This document shows positions 25,156 to 38,529 of a stretch of 49,620 bases of DNA, one piece after another. The stretch is from Atractiella rhizophila (Eukaryota), in assembly GCA_021432655.1 (NCBI GenBank), contig MU271530.1, forward strand, positions 1-49,620, written 5' to 3'. The position numbers and the translations under genes were made by a program. The notes beneath the pieces were generated by a model, which made no database searches, had not been told where the DNA came from, and was given only the letters and a program-made list of their open reading frames with translations. Each line of letters opens with the position of its first letter. The stretch's first letter is position 1.

Positions 25156-27166
25156 TCAGCGCCTAAGCCATTCATCAAGCATCACTCTCTCCCCTGGCAC
25201 TTTCCCTGCACCCACAACCTCCCACACTCCAACTGCCTGTCTTGCGACAGCTTCAAGGACGCTCCAATCAGCACCGTCATATGCAGTGGCCTTCCACACC
25301 TTCTTTCTCACATCTTCCCTCCTTGCCTCGCCCATCCAACTTGTCACTTCGTCTGGGGCATGGGACAGATCGCTGTAAGCTAACAATCCCCAGACGCTCT
25401 GATACGTCTTGAGGGCCGCTGCTCTAGCACTAGGGGAGGGAAGCAACTGCGTTTCGTGGTGCAGGGTTCTGGCATGTGATAAAGCTTGGAGTAGCGGTGC
25501 ACCGGATGGCCTAGAGGGGACAACACCAGTAACGGCTGAAGGCGAAGGGGCGTTAGAAGCTGTGGCGGAAGCGGGGTTGGAAAGGATCAGGGAGGAGGCG
25601 GGAGATTGGGTAGGAGAAGCTGAAGATAGGGATATTCTCCGTATACGTTCGATAAAGGATTGGATCTTAAGCTCCAATTCGAGATTGTACCACCTCTTCT
25701 CTTTCCTTCGCCTTGATTCCCCATCTTCTTCAATCGGGGATTCAAAGAATACCGATCGCAGCCGCAGCCAGGTGCCTTTTTCCCAAAGATAACGAATCAC
25801 CCGCCCACGGTCATCCACCTCCTCTGATGGTGGCTTGCCTTGACCGATAAAACCAGGTCCATGCTTCTTGAGAAGAGTTTTGTCTGGTGTGACGCGAGAT
25901 AGGTAGGCCAGATGCGTAGCTGTACGACGGAGGAGTGGGAGAGGATCATTCGGAAATAGCTGAGGAGTTGGCGTCTGAGGGTTCGTATCTATCTTTTCAT
26001 CAGTCAAGATAGATGACAACAGTGGCACGTACCTGTCCCTTCTAATCCCGTCCTGAGCATTTTCTCTGTCTGCTTGTCAATGTAGGTAATCAACATTTCT
26101 TCACTCGTCCAAATCGGCCCAGTCTCCATCTCCTCCTTCCTTCTCGTCTTCTCTTCCCTGACTTTCTCTGCAACGAACTCCTTCAACTTGTTCTTCATCT
26201 CCTCGTTCGCAGTCCAGTAGAACCAATTGAGCATCTGCGGATTCGTGATATTGATGAACGCTTTATCAAAAGGGCTCAAGCCATCGCCTTTGAGATGAAA
26301 ATTTAACTCCCGTGCCTTTACGTTCCGAAAGAACACCTCGCGCTCGAAAACCTGAATAGTCAACTGAAAATCTCGCTCGTCTTCACGGGCAGCTGGGAAG
26401 CTAGGAGGCAGAAAATGATTGATGATAAGCGCCAGTTCGGTTGTGGAATAATCAAACGGCTGATGGAGGTATTCATTGTACTTGGCCAGATCGTACAGGC
26501 CGTGATAGAACGCTCGAGTCTGAGCATCATGTAACCGGACCATGGTTTGAGAGTGCGGAGATGCTAAGTTGGGAAACTGAAGAGGGAGGGGTGGAAGCGG
26601 CAGAGGAACGGGAGTGACAGCCGATATTGCACCAGGGAAATGTGACCGAAGCATTCGGAGCGCGCGATTTGGATAACCATCAGAAATCAACGATGAGATC
26701 TCTGGTAGACACATCAGAAGTGGGCACTGGAAGAAAGGTGAGACCTACTAATTCTCCGTTTCATGTTCAAGATCTCTTCTTTGGAAAGCATGCCAATATC
26801 ATGCTCCACCTCTTCTTCTTGATCCTCCCCAGCGTCATCATCCCCATCCTCCCACCGCTCTAAATCAGCATCATCAGCCATCTCAGCATCATGATACATC
26901 TCCTCCTCCTCTCCTTCCACTTCTACTTCATCATCATCGCTTCCATCTTCTTTGTATTCTGCGGGCAGAGCAGAAGTCGACGCTTCTGCAGGCTCTATCG
27001 CGTCTTCGGATTCTACAGCAATGGCTTCTTGCGCAAAGGATTTTGCGGTGTCTACATAGCCTTCATAGACCAAGTAATCGAGCACCATTCGCCGAACGAT
27101 GGAATCAGGGAATGTCAAAGGTGGGAGGTAGGGTTCATTAGACGGCGTGAGGACTGGGAGAGACAT
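25156..27166 (-). CDS. LisH-CTLH-CRA domain protein (GID/CTLH E3 complex subunit-like)
   Basis: LisH (RRMVLDYLVYEGYVDTAKSF), CTLH halves (KRR..ISSLISDGYPNRAL and LELKIQSFIERIR), CRA (ALSHARTL...GLLAYSD...LEAVARQ). Two short introns near 26710-26745 and 25990-26030. Confidence 0.8.
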
Positions 27167-28122
27167 TGTGGATTCGGGTCGGGTGCTTGGCAGATTTCCG
27201 TGAGGTCCTGGTTCGCAGCAATAATCCAAAACCGTGGGCGACACAGAGGATGTCTAGAGAAAGATCTGCTCTTTATCTGAGAGGAGTCATGGATCAGTGC
27301 GGTCCTACGCGACATAGAAGCATTCTGAGTTCAAGAGCCAGAGGGATGACAGCAAAGAGTGTCTAAGAGATAACTGTAGTAGCTTCGGAAGCACTCCACC
27401 CCCGAGTATTGATGAGAGTCTAGGACTTTCATCCTACAGTTTCGGCAAGGCGTAACAGGCTTCAAAAGCCTCACTCCCACATCAAGTGACAAAGTGTGCT
27501 TACCCGCGACGGGTGATTGCCAATGCTGCACCTTCAACTCAAACAATGTCCCGGCGTGGTCCTAGCTGCTTCGCTAGAGCTGTCCTATCTTGCGTATTTA
27601 TGAAGAACAAAGCACTATCTGTCGTTGTCAACCGTGCTCAGCTGGGTCTTGTCTTGCTCCAGTGTGGTTGCTTGATATAGGGTCAGGGCTGAAAACGTCT
27701 GGACAGAACACGAAAACGCCAACAAGTAAAACGGCATTGCTGAGGATAGGAGCAGTGCCAAGTGTGGAACGTCGAGCTGGTAGGGATAAAAAAGATAGCA
27801 GTTCGTATATTCACCGTAAGTTTCTGTTCTTGGGGGTGGGAAAGGCTTTGCGCACGATGAGCCAGTGTGAGCTTGTTAGCGTCTCACGCGAGCGGTTGTC
27901 TCGTTGGCTCCATCTCGTCTGTTTGGACAGTGTAGACTGTGCCATTGTATCGAGTCTGCCGTTCGTTCGAGGCCGCTAGCGCGCTGAACATTCCTTTTCA
28001 CAACCTCATACTTTTGTGAAGCAACACACTGAACTCTCTTTGATGTTCTCTAGGACTAGGTTGTAGCCTTGTAGTATCTCTCTCCACTTAGTATCCTCAC
28101 CGCCTACCACCGTTCTCTCGCG

Positions 28123-29900
28123 ATGTCTGGCTCTCAGCTCTCCATTGTCGACCAGACGCTTCTTCTCCATCTGTCTCTAGACACGATCGAGCAGACAGCG
28201 ACCAATCTCCTTATATCCCTCCCTGAAGCTGGCACTCAACTCACTAAGCGCCAACAGAAGTCTGCTCTTACTTCAGCGCACAAAGTCTCGCAGCTCATCA
28301 ATCTGATGGGTGCCCAGTCCTCTCAACTCCATCAACTGTACCAGGACCCACAAGGCTTGATGAAGGACGAGATTTTTCGACTGGGAGGACAAGGAGTAGC
28401 CGGTGGGGACCTTGGAGAATTCTATGAGCGTCTGGGGAAACTGAAAGAGTATCATCGAAGGTATCCGAATGCGCCATCTTCATTCGAGCAGCCGCAGACG
28501 GATGATGAGCTTGTGCGGAAGTTGATTGGAGAGGTGGACGTTGGCGGGTTATTCAGTGGAGAAGAAAAATATGGTGCTTATATCGACCTGAATGCCGTCT
28601 TTCAAGACAAGTTCCTCAATCTCCAAGGCGGATCGATTATGGGTACTTGGGATGTTGAAGAGAAGGCGAATCGACCAGGAAAGAAGTTTACTTATCTCCA
28701 GTGGCTTGACGGCTTTGAAAAATTCGAAACGGTGGCGAAGAACAATAAAAACGAAACCTACGTCGCCTACGTTAAGCAATTGTATGAGGAACTCTTGGGT
28801 TTCTCCAAGCGTGGTTTTCCTCTTGAAGATGTGGACACAGTGGTGTCTAAAGCTGAGAAAGAGTTTGAGGAGAAGTGGGCTGAGGGTACGCTGCCAGGAT
28901 GGGAAAGGGGTGGTGACGACGCAGGCGTTTGGTGTGAAGCTTGTATGTCCTTTTTTCGATTGCCACAAACGATGGTTAAGGTTGTCTGTAGGTCAGAAAC
29001 ATTACTCGAAACGCACCGTTTACGATGCACATTTGACTTCCAAGAAGCACCTTAAGGCGTCAGCAGCGCTTCAATCCAACCCATCGACATCATCTCGCAA
29101 TACGCCTGTTTCAAATGGTGCTGCCGCAAAATCCGTCCACCTACAAGCCGCAAAATACGAGTCTCTCATCCGCTCCCTCTTGTCCTCACCTATTCCTCTC
29201 CAAAAGATTCGCTCAGAAACGAAAGCGAACGTCGAACGGCGGATGGCGCTGACGGATCGTGAACGTCAGGCTGAGATTGAGGAGGAGGAGGATTCAGACC
29301 TTGAGGTGGAGGAAGATAAGGATAAAGGAAAGAAGGAAGAGAAGGAGGATGAGGATGACGACGATGAGCGAATTTACAATCCTCTCAAATTGCCACTGGG
29401 ATGGGATGGGAAGCCTATCCCATATTGGCTTTACAAGTTGCATGGGTTGGGTGTGGAGTATCGTTGTGAGATCTGCTCAGACCACGTCTACATGGGTCGG
29501 TAAGCATCTTTTTCCATGTACTTCCTGCGGCGTTGGTTAACAAGTAACTAGGAAAAACTTCGAGCGGCATTTCCAGGAATCTCGTCATGCTTTCGGAATG
29601 CGTGCGTTGGGTCTACCCAATACAAGACACTTCCATGAAATTACTCGAATTGAGGATGCCATTGCCCGTACGCTGTCGTTTCATACCTCAGCGTCATATG
29701 CTAATATTTGAGGGATGTAGTGGCTGAGAAGCTCAAAGCCGAAGGCAAGCAAGAGGTGTTGTCAACGGAGACGATGGAGGAACTTGAGGATGAGGAGGGC
29801 AACGTATACAACCGCAAAGTAGGTTCTCTCTCGTTCTCCATTTACTCGCTAACCAGAGATACAGACGTTCGAAGATCTACGTCGCCAAGGTTTGCTATAA
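28123..29900 (+). CDS. PRP9: Splicing factor 3a subunit 3
   Basis: [13 protein letters not shown], zinc finger WCEACQK...[66 protein letters not shown]. Confidence 0.96.
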
Positions 29901-30077
29901 TATATTGCTATATCGATTTTATGGAATATACGCCACGTATCTGTCCTGGCTGCCATTACACTTCTGAAGCCAAGTCTGAAAGATGGCGGATCAATGTTTG
30001 CCGTCCTTGTGGAACCCTGCTTCGTTGAGCTACAGAAGGGATTCGTATCTGAAAGAGCGGCACAAAGCACCTAGAAG

Positions 30078-31440
30078 CTACTTCCAAGCCTGAAAAACTA
30101 GCCTTTCCTCTTCCTGCATCACAATCTTCCTCCCTCCGTCCCAAGTCCCATCGCTTCGCCCTCTCTGTGCTCCTTGCGGACCTAACCAGCTGAGTATTTG
30201 GTTCCAACATGCTTCATCGATTTGCATGTGGAAGCCATCACATGTGCCAAACCAGAGGGAGTCGCGGTCATGCAACTGTTTCAGCCCTATGTAATCTTCG
30301 GAATACAGTGGCAGTCGTGAAAGTGGGAGAGGCAGAAATGGAGCGGAGGGATCGGGAAGGGTGAAGAAGGACGATGCTGGAGGAGAGACTGTTTGATCCT
30401 TTCTGTTATCGGTCGTACGTTCAGCTTCAGAACGTGAGAGTGAAGGGATGCCTTACGTGAAATTGAACATGACAAAATTGTTGACTGTTAAGAGGTTCTC
30501 TTTATACGTCTCATTTCTCTTCTCATCTGCGGACCCAAAGGACTCCACATGTCCGTCACCTTCTCGCTCGTTGTTTATATCCTAATAAGAATGAGAACAT
30601 TATAGAAATCCGGTTAAGGACGAACCTTCAAGAAATGGTTTGCAGCCCAATACTTTTCAAGCTCCGCTTCATTTCGAAAATACTGAGCGGGCAAAATTTC
30701 ACGTTGGGCATAAGAGCTATACACGCCGCTCCTCGCAAGCCAGCTCATCAACTTGCACAATGCATAGTTGGGTCCAGATTCACAAGGAGGGAGAGCATTG
30801 ACTCCCATGTGTTGAGACCCGACGGTGATGAGATTGCGCACTCGCAGTTTAGGAGAAGTGCAACGCTCGACGACAGCTCGCAGGAGTTGGCCACCTTGAG
30901 AGAACCCAATGGCGTCGAAGGTCAGATTGGGGTTTAGGGAGGGCGAGACGAGCTCGGGAATGGAGTGTAGTTGCGAGCAGACCAGCTCGACTTGAGCGTT
31001 GGCAGACCCGAAGAATGTTGCACGTCTGAAGAACAAGAACTAAGCTGCAATTCGCAGACAATGGAGGGATTGAATGGAAGATCATTCAAATTGAAAGAAA
31101 AATCATGCTGGCGCCGCCTGAGAAATGAAGGGAAAAGAAACGGTCCAAAGTGCAAAGGGGTAGGAGACAGCACATTGACCAGAACCCTTTGTTGACATTC
31201 TCAAACAAAGGCCACAGAGGGAACTCACTGGTCCTTCTCCCCATCTTCCTCAATCTTCACCAAATGTACAAACACGTCTCCGCCAAACTCGTCCTCGATG
31301 GACGCCTTGAGGCTTAACATTCCCTCTGCATCATGCCTATCTCCCAGTCCGTGCCATATGACCACGGGGACTGTGAACGAGCGAGCGAGGGTGGGAAGAA
31401 AGAGGAGTGTCCAGAGAGATGCACCGAGAAGGGACGACAT
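30078..31440 (-). CDS. Palmitoyl-protein thioesterase (secretory alpha/beta hydrolase)
   Basis: Signal peptide MSSLLGASLWTLLFLPTLARS, PVVIWHGLGD, nucleophile motif AIGFSQGGQLLR, GSQHMGV, AQYFR, CDGFHMQI. Confidence 0.9.
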
Positions 31441-31642
31441 GGGTTTCAAGTTAGCCAATGTTGTGGTTAAACCGCAGCAGGCGAAGCAACACCACAAGAG
31501 AACACTTGTCCTAAAGTGGAGTAGAGGCGCAGGAGGAATAGAAATGAGAAATGAGGCTGTTGGGGCAAAGGGACGTCTGGTCGGATGATTTATGGCACCA
31601 GGGTTCAAACGCCAAAGAAGGAGGTAACAGAAAAGCAAAAAA

Positions 31643-31727
31643 TCTCCCCTCTCGGGATCGAACCGAGGACACCCAGATACCACAAGCCAATTACAGTCTG
31701 ATGCTCTTCCAACTGAGCTAAGGAGAG
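31643..31727 (-). tRNA. tRNA-Tyr (GUA) with 12-nt intron
   Basis: CTCTCCTTAGCTCAGTTGGAAGAGCATCAGACT-GTA-A[TTGGCTTGTGGT]ATCTGGGTGTCCTCGGTTCGATCCCGAGAGGGGAGA followed by a T-run terminator. The cloverleaf pairs. Confidence 0.95.
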
Positions 31728-31989
31728 GGACTTGCAACGTAAGGCCTAGTATACCGTTATAAACAATTTTGTCACAACACCGTCAATACATTGGGATGTT
31801 TCTTTGGAGCATTCGCTGTCGCTGTTAGATAGTGGAGTGTCCGCACTGCCATGTTTGACGCGTAAAATATTTAATCCATGCAGATGATGTTGTTGAGTTA
31901 TGAACATGACGAGAAGAAAGGTGAAGAACGATAACCCCAGCATAGAACAAATCCGCTCATCAGTCCAGTCCATAAATTCAAGTGTAAAG

Positions 31990-34503
31990 CTAACATAATC
32001 GATCGTCATCTCTGGCAACTCTTATTCGCATTATACTCTTATCTTTCCAGGTGAGCTCAGCAGTGCGATGCAGGCTAATTAACGCTATCAGTGACTCTCT
32101 TTCCTTTTAGGACAGAGCATACCTCTCAATCTCGTCGACGCGTTCTCGAACATTGTTGAGGTGCTCTTGAAAGTTGTCCTTGTAGACTAGCTTCCGCATT
32201 GCCTACAGATTGCAATTAGGCACAATGCCACACAAGGAAAACGGCAAACAAACGTTTAGGATGAGTCTACCATCGGCTCGTACGTTATGATTCTCGTCGA
32301 TGGTGATTATACAATCCTTCTCGACGTCAGACAGAGATCCCAACAACATAAATCACGTACTCGGTCCCTGTCTCAAAAATATTCATCATGTGGGACAGGA
32401 TGGAGAAGGAAAGGCATACAGAATTGGTAGGAAATCGGCACGCGTCATAACCACTCTCGCTTCCCCGTAAGCGATAGAGCCACACTGTTGACCATCTATT
32501 CTTCTTCCCTCCTCCAGAGCGGCTTTCTCAGCCTCATCTGCTCGTTTGACAAGCTCTTGAAAGAGCAGGAACGAGGAGGAACTCAATTTTTGTTCATCCA
32601 TTACCTGCATCCAAATTTCTTAACTTGAGGATTATTCGAAAGGGGAACTTGTCACGTCATCATCATGATCGGGTATTAGGCCTGAATAGAACAATGGTGA
32701 GCGTTGTAAGTGCAGAGGCGAGGCTAGCAAAGAAGGCTTACCCAGCTTAGCATTCAGCCAGTCCGCTTCAAATTGCACCATTGCCTCCGCTGCAGCGAGC
32801 ATGTTCCTCCTCGAAAGTACTTGCGCGAGTTTACTGGGCCGCCCTGTCCACCGAGAGGTTGGTCTAGTTGTAGTGTCAGTCCAAAAAATGAACGCACCAC
32901 CGATGAGGTCCCAAATCCGTTCGGCATCAGCATCGCTCAGATCTTCGTTGAAGTGCTTCTTTCGATTCTTCTTGATGAGCGTCATCGTCGAGCTGTAGTC
33001 TAAATCAGTGACAGAGATGACGCGCATTCGATGAGCGGTCTTTTCTGTCCATTCGATAATGGAGTCAGTTCTGGGTTATTTCTCTACAAATAGAACATGG
33101 TTACTCAGCATGTCGAAAGGCCAGGAATCATCGCTATTGAAGATGAACGTGACCACTCCAGCTTGTGCCCTTTGTTCTTTGCGATTCAGGATTGTCACAG
33201 GTACGGCATGAGACGTACCAGCTCTCCGCCTTCTGTTGAAGCAGGTGAAGGATTGCTCGGCCTTGACCATCTTCCTCCTGTCCGTTCAGCCACAGTCAAG
33301 TTTGCCTCAGCCAGGGATCTGATGGAGACGTACGTGGCGTAGAAAGTGGATGTTGTTGAAAATGAGAACGAGCGGACGGCCTCTCTGCTTTCGGAATTTT
33401 ATGGCAACCTAGAAACATTTCAATGATCCATGCAGTTGTTTCTACTATAAAATGTCTAGTATACCTTTTCGAGCTTTGTTTAACGCTCTTTCGATGTCGA
33501 GTATCGGACCTGCCTCGCGCGGATCCCGTCGTTGGAACAGTCCGTTCTGACTTCCGATTTCAGGCACACAGTCGACGCAGTGACAGAAAAAGCACGCACA
33601 ATCGAGTCCTCATAAAATTCGAAATCGAGAGCTTTGCCCAGACGCAGCCGAAAAACCTCTGGATCTGTCCTACGAATATATCAGTATTATTGGTTTCTAG
33701 TTTATGACGAGGAAAGTCGAGGAATTGGATGCAAACCTTCGTGTGCTTCACAGACCGCAACCCCATCGGCCTGGTTTTTGCGCATGGCGTCAATGAGCAG
33801 CGATGTCTTTCCTACTCCCTTCACTCACAACGTATTCTCAGTCTAAGTAAGGACGACGGACAAGAGTGACAGACATGCCTTAGGACCAAGCATAAGAAAG
33901 TAGTTCCCTACCGCCTTTCCGTTCATTATGCGTTCGATCAGCTCCTCCTCTTCCCGACGAAAGTGGAAGGTGTCCTCTTCGTGAGTGATCGGACGGGATG
34001 CATTCGCGAGCTCTTCTCAGGTAATTCGGGTCAGAACCTTGAGAGGACTGAACACGGCAGAAGAACGAACCGAGCACTGGATCCCAGCCTTTCTCAAATG
34101 CATTCCAAATCTTTCGAAGAATGTTATATTTGTACCAACTAATATAAGAAACCTGTTCGCATATGCAGAATATCAAATACAAGGATGGCAAATGAGAAGG
34201 GAAAGAAAGAACCGACCCCTCCAACAGCGACCATGAGTAATCCAGCAATGGTTTGAACGGAAATATCCACCATTCCTTCCCACCTCCCACTTCCGCCACT
34301 CTTCCCCTCTCCCCCTCCCCTCCGCCAGCTTGAGAGAAATCGTTCGGCGTCTGTGGTGGACCTCCAGGCTGTAGATTCGCGCCAGGAGGTTGGGAGGGGT
34401 TCACCTGGAGCAGAGAAGCACGTCGAACAGACCAACGGTAGGGATTTGAACGGCAGAAAACTCTTCGGTAGAGCTCATTGCTTGGACGGAGCAAGAAACG
34501 CAT
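31990..34503 (-). CDS. Fungal P-loop/AAA-like ATPase, probably mitochondrial membrane-anchored, many exons
   Basis: Arg-rich N-terminus (MRFLLRPSNELYRR), a hydrophobic segment followed by WYKYNILRKI, spliced Walker A LGPK|GVGKTSLL, and C-terminal ERVDEIESLHRTAELTWK. Confidence 0.75.
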
Positions 34504-35339
34504 CGTGATTGCAACCAATACTGCAACCAACAGGTAGAACAAACCTGTGACAGTTTGCGCTGGTCTGCGCAATTTGGTTGTGATGACGTCGGAGTGAGAA
34601 CTTGATTCAGGCTTGGCATTTTCACTAAGATTTCACTAAGATTGAAATAAATTTAGATTCCGAGATTTATGTCCGTGTACAAGGGAGTAAACTACAGCAA
34701 AACTACAGACATACAAGCGGGAGAACAGGAAACCAGCGAACAAAATTGTTGACGTTACCCAGCGTTACGACTTGTTACTTCGAGATACTTACGTGCTTGT
34801 TCACTATTTCTCGGCCTTATGTCACGACTCCTTGAAATCTTGTCGGCTTCTTTTGAGTGCCCTGCAGCCGGACTGAACCCTGCGATAAGGATTTGGAGGA
34901 CAATCGGGTTCGCATGCTTGTCCTCCAACGCAATTCTCCGTTCCTTGCGCTGTTATAGCATGTCAACTGCGCGGCGGCTCCGTGTCGGAGCATCCTGAAA
35001 GTGTAGATAATGAGTGATTCAAGTGTCATTAATGCCATTATCCACGCCCCAACGATAGAAGCAATAACCCACATCATCTCCAGCACGACCCACGCCAGTC
35101 TTCATGTCAACCTGTACGTGAGATTGATCTCGGTTGATTGATGGTCTACGTTTGTCCACGTGTATTTTGAGGAGATCTCTTGTACGTTTTAGCACTGCAA
35201 TCCTTGAGAAGCATCGCCCTCTTCCTTCCTTCCGCCTCAGACTCCTTTATCACTCCCATCCCTCCTCCCGCCCGCCCATCCTCCTTTTCTGCTTCCCTTT
35301 CTGTCCCTCCGACTCTCCTCCACCCCTTCCTCCGCTAGC

Positions 35340-38106
35340 ATGGCATCCACCAGCTATCGACCTGTGCCTACCGACGACGAGGAGCGTCGACCTTTCGACG
35401 ACGATTCTGACGAGGAAGCCAACATTTCTGGACCGTCTACGTCGAATGGAGCGTCGACCAGTTCAGCATATCCGACATTCAACGAAGACGATCAGAATGG
35501 GACCTACGTCTACGAGGGAGGATATAGGACCTTCGTTCCATCCACCGACGACCTTTCCCGATCAGGAGGAGCAGGATTGGCACTTCATCGGACGAACTCG
35601 AGCGATTCAGCGACGGTGATTTCGAATTCGCAGAGGGAGGATGGGAATGGACTGGCGGATGACACTTATAGGAGGAGCTTCGAGACTGCGGACGAGGACG
35701 ATGAGGCTAGGAGTTTTGTGGGAGGGGGAGAGGACGAGAGAACGCTCTCAGGAGAGGATATCATGGGGGGTGGGAACAAGGGTAGCATTCGACACAGGAA
35801 TCGGCTCAGGTTCCTCGACTTCACTAATCAGCCCAGCAATGCGGTTCTGAGGAGAAATTTGAAGGCTCGGCATCTGGTCATGATTGCCATTGGAGGCACC
35901 ATCGTGCGTGTCCCATCTTCGCCCAAACCACTCAAAACTCATGCAAGGGACTATAGGGAACCGGTCTCTTCATTGGGACAGGTGATGCGCTTTCAAACGG
36001 TGGCCCTTTGGGTCTTCTCCTTGGTTACAGCATCATGGGAGTGGTAGTCTTCAACATCCTAACGGCGCTAGGAGAGATTGCAGCGTTGTACCCAGTCTCC
36101 GGTGCGTTCACAGTCTACGCCACACGCTTCGTCGACCCAGCACTTGGTTTCGCCTTGGGATGGACATACTGTCAGTGTCTCCACCTATTCATCTCTCAAT
36201 CTGCTGTGCTGACGGTGGTGGCGCGTCTTGTGGGTGATGGTGGTGTGTGGTGGGACAGTTTACAGCTATGCCATGTGTGTTTCTTCTCCTGATTGTTGTT
36301 TGACAAGTGCCTTAGGAGACTGATCGTGGGTCCAGAACTCTACCAACCGAACTCGTGGCTTGTGCCCTCGTCATACGTTATTGGACCACCTCAATCAACT
36401 CAGGGGTCTGGATTACCGTCGCTTTCATCCCCGCCTTCTTCTTCAACTTCCTTGGCGTCCGCTTTTACGGAGGTAACCTGTCTACTTCCTCATCATCTGC
36501 AGCAATGGCATGCTGAACTGGGTCGTAGAGCTCGAGTTCTGGTTCTCTGTTACTAAAATCACTGCTGTTGTCGCTCTTATTCTCCTAGGGATCATCCTGG
36601 ATTTGGGTGGAGTGTGTCTACTTCATTGCCCCTGAGACGACAAGCTCAAACGTGACTGGGATGGCTAGGGACCGACGAAAGATCGCATTGGGTTTAGATA
36701 TTGGGATGATCCAGGCCCATTCGTTCAATTCAACGAGATTGGAGGTGCATGGGGTCGCTTCTTGGGATTCTGGAGCGTGTTCGTCCAAGCGGCCTTCTCC
36801 TACAATGGTTGCCCCTCTTTTTATTTTCTCAAGACTACAATCTAATACTTATGGTGGTCAGGGACGGAAACTGTTGCTTTGACGGTTGGAGAAGCGGCGA
36901 ATCCGAGACGGAATGTCCCGAAAGCTATCAAGGGAGTCTTCTTCCGAATCGCCCTCTTCTACATCGGATCGGTCTGGGTCATTGGTCTGCTCGTACCGAG
37001 CAACGATGAGAACCTTTTGCTAAGTTCGGGAATGAGTGACGGGAATGCTAGTCCCTTCGTCATCGCTGTTCGAGTGCGTTCCTCTTCCCTCAGACTTGAA
37101 GTGAAAAGTAACGAAGAAATGAAACAGAGAGCGGGCATCAGCGGTTTACCGAGCGTGGTCAATACCGGTATGACTTTGTGCATCTCCTCCAGCGAACTGG
37201 TTTAACCGAGCGATGATGGACAGTCATCCTCCTTTCGGCCTGGTCAGCGGGAAACTCAGACATTTACATCGCCAGTCGAACGTTATACGGTCTCGCCACC
37301 ATCGGCATGGCACCAAAGATATTTAGATATTGCACGGACGGAGGACTGCCAGTGTTCTGCATCCTCCTCTCTGCTGCTTTCGGACCTCTTGCCTACATCA
37401 CACTTAGTAGCGGAGGGAACTCTGTGTTTGGTTGGCTGTACAATATCTCTAGTATTACAGGATTAATCACATGGTGGTGTATCCTCCTTACTTACCTCGT
37501 GAGTAACCTCCTTGCTGACAGTTAAGGGAAGAGACACTGAGAGGGAGGATAGCGCTTTTATGTCGGACTAAAACAACGGAAGGTCAGCATTTGGTTTCGT
37601 ACTTCGCTGATGTAGGGCAAGATCTGAACTAGTCTCGCAGATGGATCGAGATACATTCCCTTATAAAGCTCCATTCCAACCTTGGGGCACTTACTTTTCC
37701 ATCTACTTTATCACACTAGTCATTGTGGGTTTCTCTTGAGTTAGCCACTTCCTATCATGAATCTTTTCCATAGTTTCTAAACGGCTTCGACGTCTTCCTA
37801 AAAGGCAATTTCAACGCTTCAGACTTTATCGCCGCCTACATCTCTCTCCCAATCTTCATCGGCTTCTACGCCTTCTACAAACTGTACATGAAAACGAAAT
37901 TCGTTTCGATCCCCCAAATGGACTTTGATACGGGACGGAGAGAGCTGGAAGAGATGATGGATTTCGAGGAGAAAATGGCTCGTCCGAAGAGGACGAGGAA
38001 AGAGAAGATCAAGGAGGGAATCAAGACGAAGACCGGTTACTTTGGACGGTTTGGGCGGGCGTTGGATCGGTTGTTTGGAGATAAAGATGAAGATATCCAC
38101 GATTGA
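35340..38106 (+). CDS. Amino-acid permease (APC/YAT family), multi-exon
   Basis: [81 protein letters not shown]. Confidence 0.93.
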
Positions 38107-38529
38107 TGATCGCCATGATCCTTCTCGTCGGATTGAATTGGGGGAGGCAAGAAAAGTGTTATCATCTACTTGATGACGTTCCGTGGTTTATTGCCTGTCC
38201 GGTCTTCTTCATAGAAGCAAGGAAGTGAACGATAATATTCGATGTTCGATCTTATACCCGCTTGGATTTTTACTTGTTGTTCAATTTCTGCCCCATCTCA
38301 TTGTCAATCACATCGTCACGCTTTCACCCTAATCAACCAAGATCCCAAATGTCATTTGCAAGAAATTGAGATTCCGAACAGCGACGAAAATAAAAACATT
38401 ATTAGAAGACGTGACGAAGTTTGCGACTTGCACGTTTGATCAGAGACTATAGTGTCACTGACTCGTTAAACAAGCGCCCGCCACAAACAACGAAACCAAA
38501 TTGCAAACAGACAGAAACAGCTCTACAGG

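Noticed and set aside
31225..31737. 170-aa ORF overlapping tRNA-Tyr
   Set aside because: The real thioesterase start with a signal peptide is at 31440, and the upstream extension merely crosses the tRNA.
34620..34710. Short tandem duplications (TTTCACTAAGA x2; AAACTACAG x2)
   Set aside because: Two-copy micro-duplications with no spacers or array structure, so not CRISPR-like and of no evident function.
34817..35086. Small ORF with a hydrophobic N-terminus
   Set aside because: No recognisable motif, and it lies in a divergent promoter region, so it cannot be supported.
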